Part shown: positions 30,205 to 38,990 of the stretch, piece by piece
Numbering within the stretch: the first letter of the stretch is position 1
Layout: every line of letters begins with the position of its first letter
Virus record (IMG/VR): IMGVR_UViG_3300035135_002062
Source of the DNA: an uncultured virus (IMG/VR IMGVR_UViG_3300035135_002062)
Taxonomy: Duplodnaviria; Heunggongvirae; Uroviricota; Caudoviricetes
DNA: 64,000 bases
Reading direction: 5' to 3' (one strand)
The notes under the pieces: model-generated
What the model was told of the DNA's origin: nothing
Database searches by the model: none
The model's input: the letters and a program-made list of their open reading frames with translations, nothing else
Program-made: the position numbers and the translations under genes

Positions 30205-30699
30205 ATGTATAATAAAAGAGAAATTTTGGTTTTTGTCTTTGTGATTTTAGCGATCACTCTAAGATTATTACCACATCCACCAAACTTCACACCAATCACC
30301 GCATTAGCATTATTTGGTGGTGTAACATTTAAAGATAGATGGGTTGGAATTTCTATCCCACTTATCACTATGTTTGTTTCTGATATTTATTTGGGTTTTT
30401 ATACGATATCCTATTGGGTTTATGGATCGTTTTTTTTAATTAGTCTGATGGGTACTTTTTGGAAAAAAATGAATCTAAAGAGTATAGTTATATCAACACT
30501 ACTATTTTTCTTCATAACTAATTTTGGGGTTTGGTTGTTAGGGTACCCAAAAACAATAGAAGGTTTTATTCTTTGTTACACCTTAGCACTACCATTTTTA
30601 ATTAATTCACTTTTGGGTGATTTATTTTTTGGGTATTTACTTAAGAGGACATTTAAATATTCAGAAAAAAGACTAATGCTCGGTTCGTCTATCGGTTAG
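30205..30699 (+). CDS. integral membrane protein, DUF6580-like putative transporter/ECF S-component
   Basis: RLLPHPPNFTPITALALFGG, SDIYLGFY, FFFITNFGVW, CYTLALPF. Confidence 0.75.
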   Translation: MYNKREILVFVFVILAITLRLLPHPPNFTPITALALFGGVTFKDRWVGISIPLITMFVSDIYLGFYTISYWVYGSFFLISLMGTFWKKMNLKSIVISTLLFFFITNFGVWLLGYPKTIEGFILCYTLALPFLINSLLGDLFFGYLLKRTFKYSEKRLMLGSSIG

Positions 30700-30749
30700 G
30701 ACTTCAGGTTTTCATCCTGGCAAGAGGGGTTCGATTCCCCTACCGAGTA
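30678..30749 (+). tRNA. tRNA-Glu (TTC)
   Basis: Acceptor GCTCGGT/ACCGAGT, anticodon arm TCAGG-TTTTCAT-CCTGG, T-arm AGGGG-TTCGATT-CCCCT; CCA not encoded. Confidence 0.92.
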
Positions 30750-30751
30750 CA

Positions 30752-31140
30752 ACTATCGTTCTTTGACATAAACTAAATTAAATTTAAAAATTATGGAAAA
30801 TTTAGAATTCATTTTAGGTGTACTTACAACAATTGGTGTATTCGGTTTAGGGTACGTTATAGTAGGTATAGTTAAGGTTAAACAACGTTCCAATGATTTC
30901 GAGGAAGTCCTAAACGGAACACAATTAGATTTAGAGAATAATCAAAGAGAGATCCAGTTAAGGTTGGATCAAGAGGTGAAAAACCTTGAAGACCGAGTAG
31001 ATGACCTTTATCGACATATCGATAGTAGGTTTGATAAATTCGAGAATAGGATAACTAAACTCGATAAAGATGGGTGTGAACCCGTAAAATCTAAACAAGT
31101 GTTGACTGACTAGTCAAAATAAACGTTAAAGAATGATAGT
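30752..31140 (+). repeat. 16-bp inverted repeat (30752-30767 / 31125-31140) bracketing an ORF; left arm contains boxA-like GTTCTTTGACA
   Basis: ACTATCGTTCTTTGAC pairs with GTTAAAGAATGATAGT, 14 Watson-Crick plus 2 G-U. Confidence 0.75.
30793..31113 (+). CDS. single-TM coiled-coil membrane protein
   Basis: N-terminal hydrophobic helix followed by heptad repeats. Confidence 0.75.
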   Translation: MENLEFILGVLTTIGVFGLGYVIVGIVKVKQRSNDFEEVLNGTQLDLENNQREIQLRLDQEVKNLEDRVDDLYRHIDSRFDKFENRITKLDKDGCEPVKSKQVLTD

Positions 31141-31168
31141 AAACCCCACAGAAATGTGGGGTTTTTTT
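31141..31168 (+). terminator. rho-independent terminator
   Basis: AAACCCCACA-GAAA-TGTGGGGTTT followed by a T-run. Confidence 0.9.
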
Positions 31169-31224
31169 GTTTATATGGGGTAGGGGGTTGATTTTTATTT
31201 ATATGGTTCATACATTTACACTAT

Positions 31225-31310
31225 GCCGAAGTGGTGGAATTGGTAGACACGAGGGACTTAAAATCCCTTGGACAGTAATGTCCGTGACGGTTCGAGCCCG
31301 TCCTTCGGTA
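31225..31310 (+). tRNA. tRNA-Leu (TAA)
   Basis: GCCGAAG/CTTCGGT acceptor, AGGGA-CTTAAAA-TCCCT anticodon arm, long variable arm GGACAGTAATGTCC. Confidence 0.95.
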
Positions 31311-31389
<79 letters not shown>

Positions 31390-31403
31390 CTAAATTTTTA
31401 AAT

Positions 31404-31808
31404 ATGAAATATACAAATAGATACGGAGACGAACACAGTTTTTTACTAAACGAAAATGGTAACATTCAGTGGAGTGGTAATTTTGAACATTCACGTTTTG
31501 GGGCTGCTAATGTGTATAATGATGCATACAATGAATTTAAGAAAGATGGTGGTACATTATCTATAGAAGAGTTCATTAAGGAAGTTCACCATTACGATGA
31601 GGAAACTTATAAACCATCAAAAATTGCGAAAACCTATGGTAATTATGTCTATTCTGATTGGGATACAATTACTATGGTAGATCCTTCAGGAGGTCCTTAT
31701 ATTACTAAAGGAATGGATATGAAATATTACGGATTTGACGGTAAAATTGTTGCTGGTTTTACACCCAATAATGATGGATATGAGATAGTTGTAGAATCGG
31801 ACTCTTAG
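31404..31808 (+). CDS. hypothetical protein
   Basis: 134 aa, contains MVDPSGGPYI; stop codon lies inside the downstream tRNA. Confidence 0.75.
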   Translation: MKYTNRYGDEHSFLLNENGNIQWSGNFEHSRFGAANVYNDAYNEFKKDGGTLSIEEFIKEVHHYDEETYKPSKIAKTYGNYVYSDWDTITMVDPSGGPYITKGMDMKYYGFDGKIVAGFTPNNDGYEIVVESDS

Positions 31809-31872
31809 CTCAGTTGGTCAGAGCACCGCACTCATAATGCGATGGTCGGGGGTTCAAGTCCCTCAGGGTCCA
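31799..31872 (+). tRNA. tRNA with CAT anticodon, probably tRNA-Ile2 (lysidine) rather than Met
   Basis: GGACTCT/AGGGTCC acceptor, CGCA-CTCATAA-TGCG arm; lacks initiator features (no C1 mismatch, no GGG/CCC anticodon stem). Confidence 0.85.
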
Positions 31873-31890
31873 CAACGTATATTTATAAAC

Positions 31891-32262
31891 ATGATAGATA
31901 CATGGTGGAAAGGTGTAGGTAAATCTAAAGTGGTTTGTCCATGGGGAGACTACACCGTGTTATTTGAAAATGATAATGTTAAAGTAAAACATATAAGAAT
32001 AAACCCTAATTCAAAACTCTCATATCAATATCATTTAAGGAGAAGAGAGTCTTGGACAGTAATCAAAGGTGAACTAACCATAATATTAGACGATCTTAAA
32101 TCATTTAGATCTTACGGTGAAAGTATAAAAATACCGTTAGGTAGTAGACATAGAGCGATCAACGAAACAGATGAAATAGTTGAGTTTATTGAGGTACAAA
32201 CAGGGGAATACTTTGGTGAAGATGATATTGTAAGAATTGATGATGATTTTGGAAGGGTTTAA
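31891..32262 (+). CDS. mannose-6-phosphate isomerase type II C-terminal cupin
   Basis: PWG, KLSYQYHLRRRESW, IEVQTGEYFGEDDIVRIDDDFGR; ATG 3 nt after TATTTATA. Confidence 0.88.
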   Translation: MIDTWWKGVGKSKVVCPWGDYTVLFENDNVKVKHIRINPNSKLSYQYHLRRRESWTVIKGELTIILDDLKSFRSYGESIKIPLGSRHRAINETDEIVEFIEVQTGEYFGEDDIVRIDDDFGRV

Positions 32263-32296
32263 TTTTTGATTGTATTTATTAAACACAATTTAATAA

Positions 32297-32485
32297 ATGA
32301 CTAATAGTGAATTTTACGAAGAATTATATCATCGAGCCCATAGACTCGGTGTTGTATCCGAACTCAGAAAAAGAGTCGATAAACGATTCAAAGAGTCTGA
32401 TAAAGGATGGGACATGACTTCCGCAGTAAATTTCGCTCAAGAAGAACTTGATAAAATCATTAAGGAAGGAAAAAGTATTGATTAA
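32297..32485 (+). CDS. hypothetical protein
   Basis: 62-aa ORF with TATTTAT upstream. Confidence 0.6.
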   Translation: MTNSEFYEELYHRAHRLGVVSELRKRVDKRFKESDKGWDMTSAVNFAQEELDKIIKEGKSID

Positions 32486-32512
32486 TTAGAGTTTTTTCCT
32501 TACAATAACTAC

Positions 32513-33190
32513 ATGAATACGATAAGTGTAGTTTACTCAACAAGAAAGATCGATCCAAATTACTTTAATCACGTAAAGAAATTCTTTTCGCATCCAAAGA
32601 ATGAATATTTGGTTTATGAAAACAATGGTGAAAGATCTCTGACAGACATATATAACGAAGGGTTAGAAAAATCAACAAACGACGTGGTTGTTTTTATCCA
32701 CGATGATTTAGAGTTCGAAACAAAGAATCTAACACCTAAAATATTAAAATTATTTGATAGAAATCCTGATTACGGAATACTCGGTTTAGCGGGTACAGAT
32801 AACCTTATTTCGGGTCAATGGTGGGAAGATAGATCTTCGATGCAAGGACAAGTAGGTCATATACATGGACCCAAAAAATACATCTCAAAGTATTCGAAAT
32901 CTTTTGGTGATAAAATAAAAGATGTTGTTATTATTGATGGTTTATTTATGATGATTCATAAAAAAAGAATCAAACACAATTTTGACACTCAGTTTAATGG
33001 ATTTCACTTCTACGATCTCCCAATATGTCTTTTGAATTACTTAGAGGGAGTAAAGGTCGGAGTTACAACTAAAATAAAGTTATACCATAAATCAATAGGT
33101 CAGACAGACACAAAATGGTTAAAAAATAAATTGTTTTTTGAGGCTTTATATGAAAAACATTTTCCTCTTAATTGTCAAGAGACAGAATAA
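32513..33190 (+). CDS. glycosyltransferase (GT-A, Glyco_tranf_2_5-like)
   Basis: YNEGL, VVFIHDD, GILGLAG, IDGLFM, GFHFYD. Confidence 0.8.
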   Translation: MNTISVVYSTRKIDPNYFNHVKKFFSHPKNEYLVYENNGERSLTDIYNEGLEKSTNDVVVFIHDDLEFETKNLTPKILKLFDRNPDYGILGLAGTDNLISGQWWEDRSSMQGQVGHIHGPKKYISKYSKSFGDKIKDVVIIDGLFMMIHKKRIKHNFDTQFNGFHFYDLPICLLNYLEGVKVGVTTKIKLYHKSIGQTDTKWLKNKLFFEALYEKHFPLNCQETE

Positions 33191-33244
33191 TAATTTACTT
33201 ATAACTTAATTTTCCATATATTTATCTGTAAACAAATTAATATT

Positions 33245-33409
33245 ATGAAAAAAATTATTGAATTTTTTAAGAAACTTCTTGGTATTAAGAAGGAAGAGGT
33301 TAAGCCTGTAGTGAAACCAAAACCTAAAAGAAAACCAAGGAAAAAGACTTCAGGTGGTGGTGGTTCATCTACCTCATCTAAGAAACCTTCTTTGAAGGCA
33401 ATAAAGTAA
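33245..33409 (+). CDS. small, very basic protein (54 aa, MKKIIEFFKKLLGIKK...KPKPKRKPRKK...)
   Basis: Open frame after TATTTAT (33219-33225); stop abuts the tmRNA 5' end. Confidence 0.65.
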   Translation: MKKIIEFFKKLLGIKKEEVKPVVKPKPKRKPRKKTSGGGGSSTSSKKPSLKAIK

Positions 33410-33791
33410 GGGGGTGACTGGCATTGATTGGCGTAGTCAATTATAACAGGGCACGTAGTGAGATGTTTCCTATCACTTAAATCTACGGATACTACTTTTA
33501 AATGGCGAACTTTATCGCAATATGGAATTAGCGGGTCTTGTATCTGTTGATTCTAAAGTGGCAGTAGCGTAAGTTATTACCACAACGGGTCGGGACATAT
33601 AACCTAGGAACAGAAGTCTTACAAAGGTGGAAAAACGACTGAACCTGAAATCGAGTCGTACATCTATTGGTGATGGAGGATGTAAAAATTCAATCACATA
33701 TTTCGGAATATTGAGAATCGATATTGACCTAAACGTGTAGTCCTCTATAGTTGGGACGAGCAAGACGAGGGTTCGAAACCCTCCACCTCCA
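33410..33791 (+). ncRNA. ssrA: tmRNA (ssrA); predicted tag (A)GELYRNMELAGLVSVDSKVAVA at 33504-33572
   Basis: Acceptor GGGGGTG/CACCTCC-A with G3-U70, T-arm GAGGG-TTCGAAA-CCCTC, TTAAAT-GGC resume context, Ala-rich tag end; CCA not encoded. Confidence 0.9.
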
Positions 33792-33794
33792 CTG

Positions 33795-33827
33795 AAAATG
33801 AACTGTGAAAATGGTTCATTTTTTTTT
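33795..33827 (+). terminator. terminator after the tmRNA (possibly bidirectional)
   Basis: AAAATGAACT...GGTTCATTTT hairpin plus T-run. Confidence 0.75.
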
Positions 33828-33829
33828 GC

Positions 33830-33951
33830 CAAACTTGGAAGTGTATAACGAACAAAGAGGTCAATTGACCCCTTTGCCGAGATATTAATTACACTCTCCT
33901 TTCGTTTTTTTTCTCGTTTATCAATCAAGACCGACCAAAGCCCCAACTTCT
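33830..33951 (-). ncRNA. putative small non-coding RNA 2, complementary to sRNA 1
   Basis: Minus-strand TATTTATA at 33955-33962; hairpin GGCAAAGGGGTC-AATT-GACCTCTTTGTT whose G-U pairs favour the minus strand; collinear similarity to 28766-28839. Confidence 0.55.
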
Positions 33952-34038
33952 ACTTATAAATATCTTTTAGATAAAAAAAATACCCCTTTTTACGGAGGTA
34001 TTTAACTTTTTTTTTATACTAATTTTGGTGTGAAAATA

Positions 34039-34683
34039 TTAAGTCTTTAACTTACTTCTAAGGTTCATTGTACATATAGATGCTGCAAGTTTTTCACCTA
34101 TATCACTACCTCTTAAATACTCACCACCCACTTGTCTGAGGAAGTTAGATGCTGCGGAATTTTTTTCTGCACCACCTGAAACATACACAAATAAACCTTC
34201 CATAAATGCGTCAGCCAATTTATCACCATGTTTAACACAACTATCTTGTCCTTTAAATATTACAACAACGTCACCTAATTTAAGATCTGCAAGTGATGCT
34301 GCGACCGCGTCACGTAAAGCACCTTTAAAACCGACCATACCCAATAGTTTTCTAATAATGTATTCACGAACTTGTGACATGACACCACTACCTAATTTAT
34401 CCGTTACATTTCCCTTATCAAACTTATTACCTGAGGAATCTGAAGAACCATCCCCGCCTGGCGCAATATACTTTGATAACCAATCGGTTATACCTTCGTC
34501 TAACGAACCCTCAATCTCTTCATCGGATTTACCCATCTTTTCAAGATCAACAAGTGCATCAACCGCATCATTGAATTTATCTTCTTCGGTACCATCTACA
34601 TTCTCTACAATTCTTCTGAAAGTTTCCTTAGTCTCATAAGTTTCAAGAAGTGTTTTCTTTACTATACTATCTATATTACTCAT
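34039..34683 (-). CDS. hypothetical protein, probable internal virion protein
   Basis: Likely start MSNIDSIVKK at 34683, overlapping the upstream stop. Confidence 0.7.
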   Translation of the reverse strand: MSNIDSIVKKTLLETYETKETFRRIVENVDGTEEDKFNDAVDALVDLEKMGKSDEEIEGSLDEGITDWLSKYIAPGGDGSSDSSGNKFDKGNVTDKLGSGVMSQVREYIIRKLLGMVGFKGALRDAVAASLADLKLGDVVVIFKGQDSCVKHGDKLADAFMEGLFVYVSGGAEKNSAASNFLRQVGGEYLRGSDIGEKLAASICTMNLRSKLKT

Positions 34684-36811
34684 TGTCTTTAAGTTTTTTA
34701 ATACCTTGTTCTTTTCTAGCGATTTTTCTTGCAGTTGCATTGTCCGCCTTCCAAACATATTTACCTTTTTCCAAAGTCTCTTTCTTTTTCTCTAAAGAAT
34801 AACTTTTTGAGGCCATATAATAATTGATAATCGTAAGTTGTTTTTGAGTGAGTTCCTCATCTAATTTTAAAACAAATCTTCCGCCTCTAAACTTAATTTG
34901 ATTATCTATAATGTTTTTAATTAATCGACCATCAACAGTTTTATTGATTTGATCTTCTAATTTCTCAACACCGTGAATTTTAATCATCTGTGCTGTGTCT
35001 AATGTAGGTAATGCAATTGGTACAATACCTTTAGGTTCGATTTTACTTACTTTTTCGACTTTCTTATCATTATCAACCGATTTTAGTTTGATGACTTCAT
35101 CATCTCCTTTACATTCTTTAGTAATCTTATCATAACTACTCTTAGTAATTGTCTTAGAGTACCCAACAATTACAGATGCAAGTCTTGCGTCAGTCTTAGG
35201 TCCATAATAACCATCAACCTTTAATTTACCCGCACATCTTTGAACATCCTTGATCTTATCACTGATACATCCGATTTTGAAAGGGAATGAATCACATGGT
35301 ACATATTTGATTTTACCTGATCCACTACCACCTTCTTTTTCATTCCAAGAAACTGTAATGTGTGATAAACCTGTTTTAGGGTTACCATCTCCTTGGAAAC
35401 CTCCTGTATCTGAATCTCCTTTTTCTCCACCACCTGATTTTGTTACTGTGTATCCAATTAAAGAAAGTAACTCATCTCTTAATTCTGTGGCTTCAAAATC
35501 TAAACCTTTAAGTTCCATTATGTGTTCACCTAACCTCTTTCCTTTGATTTTAGGGTAGTTACTCACAAATACCTTGAGTGCAGGTCTATTTTTATACGTT
35601 CTGTTCTCTAAACTCTTTATAAGGTTATATGCGTCCTTTAAATCCGTTGCATCAGAGTCAAAAAAGTCACCATTGAGGTTGTCCTCTACTGCATCAAACA
35701 TTCTACTTAATTCTTTTGTAGAAATATCACTTGTTGTTTGTTTCGCGTTATCACTTACTTTAATACCTGTAAGACCTTGTTCATTTAACAAACCTGATTG
35801 ATTACATGACCAAGTACCTGTTTCTCCATTCGCAGATTTGACAGAATAGTCAGATGAGAATATCACATGTCCACCTGTCTTTTTACCACCAAACTCATCA
35901 ATTTTATATTTTACTGATATTACTCCATTATCGTCTATTAGTATTTCCGCATTATCATCATCCGCCAATGGTTCTACAATACATTCCATCCAATCGTTGA
36001 TTGGTAGTAGATCGTCTTCTGAAGGGATATCACTCTCTTCTCCTGACCAAAGTGAGTCCCACATACTTTTAATTACGTAATATGCAACACCACCAATTAA
36101 TAACCACCATAATAATTTCATAAGTCCCGCGTTTCTCACTGAACCCTTAACTGCGGTGACTATACCTCTACCTAATTTTGTGTTTTTAACATTATCAGCA
36201 ACCTGTTTAATTTTACCTCCAAACCTTGTTTTTGTTGTTTGTTTAACAATGTCATCAGTACTCTTCACACCAGTAGTCGCCGTTTTAGTGCCCGTTTTAG
36301 TGCCCGTTTTAGTGCCTGTTTTAGTTGTTTTTAATACACTTTGAAATTTCTCGTTATTCTTAGCGGCTTTTAATATCTCCGTTATTGCATCATCGGTATA
36401 ACCACTATTTTTAAGAGATACTTTGGTGAGTGGTTTACCATCTTTCGCGTATTTCTGAATAAACATTCCCGTTTGTACATAATCAGGAGCTAACCTTGCA
36501 ATAAAGTTGGTACTTACCCCTTTAGTTTTCATAAAACCTACCGCAACATCACCAACTTGTTTAGCCGATAAAGTACCTTTGGCTAGTCCATATACTAAAT
36601 CATCAATTGTTTTCCCAGTAAAATTCCTAATTTGTCTGGCGTTAAAAATTAATTCTATATCTTTACCTAAAACTGGTTTCGCGTCTTTAAGTGCGGCGAT
36701 AGTCAAGTTATCAATATTCTTGAAAAGTGCCTTTAGGGCCGCTACTTGTTCACCCACTTCAACTTTAGGGACATCTACATTAGTTTCTTTTAATATTTCA
36801 GTTAATTTCAT
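34676..36811 (-). CDS. large virion-associated protein with a TM segment and a peptidoglycan-binding-like motif
   Basis: MKLTEILKE start, TM LLWWLLIGGVAYYVI, IKDVQRCAGKLKVDGYYGPKT. Confidence 0.6.
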   Translation of the reverse strand: MKLTEILKETNVDVPKVEVGEQVAALKALFKNIDNLTIAALKDAKPVLGKDIELIFNARQIRNFTGKTIDDLVYGLAKGTLSAKQVGDVAVGFMKTKGVSTNFIARLAPDYVQTGMFIQKYAKDGKPLTKVSLKNSGYTDDAITEILKAAKNNEKFQSVLKTTKTGTKTGTKTGTKTATTGVKSTDDIVKQTTKTRFGGKIKQVADNVKNTKLGRGIVTAVKGSVRNAGLMKLLWWLLIGGVAYYVIKSMWDSLWSGEESDIPSEDDLLPINDWMECIVEPLADDDNAEILIDDNGVISVKYKIDEFGGKKTGGHVIFSSDYSVKSANGETGTWSCNQSGLLNEQGLTGIKVSDNAKQTTSDISTKELSRMFDAVEDNLNGDFFDSDATDLKDAYNLIKSLENRTYKNRPALKVFVSNYPKIKGKRLGEHIMELKGLDFEATELRDELLSLIGYTVTKSGGGEKGDSDTGGFQGDGNPKTGLSHITVSWNEKEGGSGSGKIKYVPCDSFPFKIGCISDKIKDVQRCAGKLKVDGYYGPKTDARLASVIVGYSKTITKSSYDKITKECKGDDEVIKLKSVDNDKKVEKVSKIEPKGIVPIALPTLDTAQMIKIHGVEKLEDQINKTVDGRLIKNIIDNQIKFRGGRFVLKLDEELTQKQLTIINYYMASKSYSLEKKKETLEKGKYVWKADNATARKIARKEQGIKKLKDNE
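36281..36325 (-). repeat. 12-nt tandem repeat encoding (TKTG)n
   Basis: cgttttagtgcc x3 plus a partial copy. Confidence 0.85.
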
Positions 36812-36844
36812 TTCCTTATTTAGTATATAAATATTTATTATTCT

Positions 36845-38080
36845 TTAAATTTCGTCGTAATCAAACTCTGCGGTTGACAAATCAAGCGTATCTATTGCCT
36901 GATCTAATTTTTCCGCCTCTTTTTCACCTTTACTTTTGGCGTATGAGTCTATACCATATGTTATACCTACCGCAGTGGCACCTGCAGTTGCACCTCTCTT
37001 AAGTCTTTGGGTTCTTGTTACTGTCTCAGGTGCGGGGAAGAGTTTATTCGCGAATTTTTTAAGACCATTAAATACTTTATTTGCAAACCCTAAAATTTTA
37101 TCAATGAATCTATCTAACGCCTTCCATTTTCCTTTTAATCCACCCAATACTGATTTTATTTTATTCATTAACCACGAAACACCACCACGTACCTTTTTAA
37201 TGACACTCATAATGGCTTTATTTTGTTTCAATGCTCTTGATGCCTTTGAGATAGTTGTTATACCCTTAACGACTGCCCTTGCACCTTTGGCTGCAACACC
37301 CGCAACAGTTAAACCTATAATATCACAAAGTAAGTCTAACCATTTTGCCCACTGAGGTGTGTCTGATGGTTTCCAATCACCACTCGCCAACTGATAGATA
37401 TCTAAACCAGTGACTAATCCCCAAAATACCATTTGTGGAACTTTTCCGACACCTGTTGCAACTAAAATAGCATCAACTATAATACCGATAGTGGAATAAG
37501 CCGCGGCTTTGAATTTTCTAAGTACCCATAAGGCACCTTTACCAATCATAGTTAAAACTTTAGACCAATCACCTTGTGAGATTGCCAAACCAAATTTCTT
37601 GGCCTTTTCCCAAGATGCAACGGCAAAGTCTTTTACTGATTTTGCGGCTGAGGTGACTTTTTCCTTACCCCAATCATAGAAATCCACGGCAGAGTCTTTA
37701 ACCCAACTTGCCGCATTTGATAACCAATTTTCAATCAGGTAATCTCTTACTGCGTATAAAGTGGCTCTTTCACTTTCAAGTAAAGGTAAACTTTCAAACT
37801 CTTCTTGTAGTTCTTTGTATTCGGGGTTATCTATCTCTACATTACCAAAAATGGTTTTAAAAACATCTAAAGAGTCCCATAGATAACCTAAGTTCTTCTT
37901 TTCTTGTATATCAATAACATGATCATTCATAACAAAGTATTTCTCGTCTACAGTTATAAATGCCTCAAATAATACCTTATCATTCTCAGTAAATCCGTAA
38001 TTTACCGTTGAAGGTGACATATAACCATCGTAATTCAATAGTTGATTATGTCTTTCTAATAATAATCCTTGTGCTACCAT
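36845..38080 (-). CDS. helical protein with hydrophobic hairpin, candidate ejection/membrane-channel protein
   Basis: W-spaced amphipathic repeats and Gly/Ala-rich hydrophobic segments (IGIIVDAILVATGVG; DIIGLTVAGVAAKG). Confidence 0.5.
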   Translation of the reverse strand: MVAQGLLLERHNQLLNYDGYMSPSTVNYGFTENDKVLFEAFITVDEKYFVMNDHVIDIQEKKNLGYLWDSLDVFKTIFGNVEIDNPEYKELQEEFESLPLLESERATLYAVRDYLIENWLSNAASWVKDSAVDFYDWGKEKVTSAAKSVKDFAVASWEKAKKFGLAISQGDWSKVLTMIGKGALWVLRKFKAAAYSTIGIIVDAILVATGVGKVPQMVFWGLVTGLDIYQLASGDWKPSDTPQWAKWLDLLCDIIGLTVAGVAAKGARAVVKGITTISKASRALKQNKAIMSVIKKVRGGVSWLMNKIKSVLGGLKGKWKALDRFIDKILGFANKVFNGLKKFANKLFPAPETVTRTQRLKRGATAGATAVGITYGIDSYAKSKGEKEAEKLDQAIDTLDLSTAEFDYDEI

Positions 38081-38082
38081 AA

Positions 38083-38325
38083 TTAATAAAGTGGGTTTGC
38101 TTTACCCCGACTTACTTTAGATCCGACGATATCGGACCATTTAGTTACTGCAATCTGATTATCGGGTCCTCGTGTCACACCACTTTCCCATTGTTTGGAT
38201 CCTGCGGTTGTTCCACCCCCCGACGCATCACTTGTACCAGTTTCAGTACCATCTTCTTGTTCACCTATTTCTTCGTATTGTGATGCGATGAAACCTAACT
38301 GTTTTTCAGTAACTATTATTCTCAT
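38083..38325 (-). CDS. small virion-associated hypothetical protein
   Basis: MRIIVTEKQL leader; WESGVTRGPDNQ / VSRGKANPL repeats. Confidence 0.65.
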   Translation of the reverse strand: MRIIVTEKQLGFIASQYEEIGEQEDGTETGTSDASGGGTTAGSKQWESGVTRGPDNQIAVTKWSDIVGSKVSRGKANPLY

Positions 38326-38356
38326 AACTAATAAATATCATAAAAATATTTTGAAA

Positions 38357-38390
38357 TTTGTTGTGATATCAAAAAAAATTCCTATATTTG
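38357..38390 (+). promoter_or_regulatory. Bacteroidota housekeeping-type promoter (TTTG ... TATATTTG)
   Basis: -33 TTTG and -7 TAnnTTTG upstream of the 38407 ORF; a similar TACTTTTG at 62498-62505. Confidence 0.55.
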
Positions 38391-38406
38391 AATAAAATTA
38401 GATGAC

Positions 38407-38988
38407 ATGAAAAAATATATCAATACTTTTTTATGGATAATAACTTTTTTATTATCTGTATCCTGTGAAAAATACGAACTCGAGAGTAACCCACAACTCA
38501 ATCTAAATGGTAGGTGGGATGTGGTAGATATTGATGTAGTAATTGATAAGGTGAACTATGAAAGTGAGGTTACGGTATTAACTGAAGACCAAGCTTCGGT
38601 GGGTTCATTCTTTGTTACAGGAATTGATCAACATGGAAACCTATTATTGAGTCAAGATTTTGAAAATACAATTATTAATAGGAGATTTGATGTTGAAACA
38701 ACACAATGGGAATTTGATTATTATGATCTAAGAATCACTGATGGTTTAAGTGATGAGTGGATGCCCGTCGACTTTCCGTGTGTATATTGTACCGAAATGA
38801 CGACCATAGAAACAGATTATTTAGGTGAAAAAACAAGATATACCTTCTCAATCGACACCTATGGTGCAATGCCATCTAACGTATTAAAATTAACGTCCCA
38901 AGTTTTCTACACTAACATATTGATTAATGGTAATCAATATGACAAAGCAATTGAATCACATTTAGAAATAACGTTACATAGATTTTAA
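38407..38988 (+). CDS. lipoprotein, lipocalin-like beta-barrel
   Basis: Lipobox LLSVSC-EK, LNGRWDVV (GxW). Confidence 0.6.
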   Translation: MKKYINTFLWIITFLLSVSCEKYELESNPQLNLNGRWDVVDIDVVIDKVNYESEVTVLTEDQASVGSFFVTGIDQHGNLLLSQDFENTIINRRFDVETTQWEFDYYDLRITDGLSDEWMPVDFPCVYCTEMTTIETDYLGEKTRYTFSIDTYGAMPSNVLKLTSQVFYTNILINGNQYDKAIESHLEITLHRF

Positions 38989-38990
38989 TT

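Noticed and set aside
31837..31890. N-terminal extension of the cupin ORF (MRWSGVQ...)
   Set aside because: Lies within the CAT tRNA; the likely start is ATG 31891 after TATTTATA
33512..33946. 144-aa minus-strand ORF (TTG start)
   Set aside because: Antisense to the tmRNA and crosses its terminator; no recognisable protein features; better explained as a shadow of structured RNAs, although it starts near the minus-strand promoter
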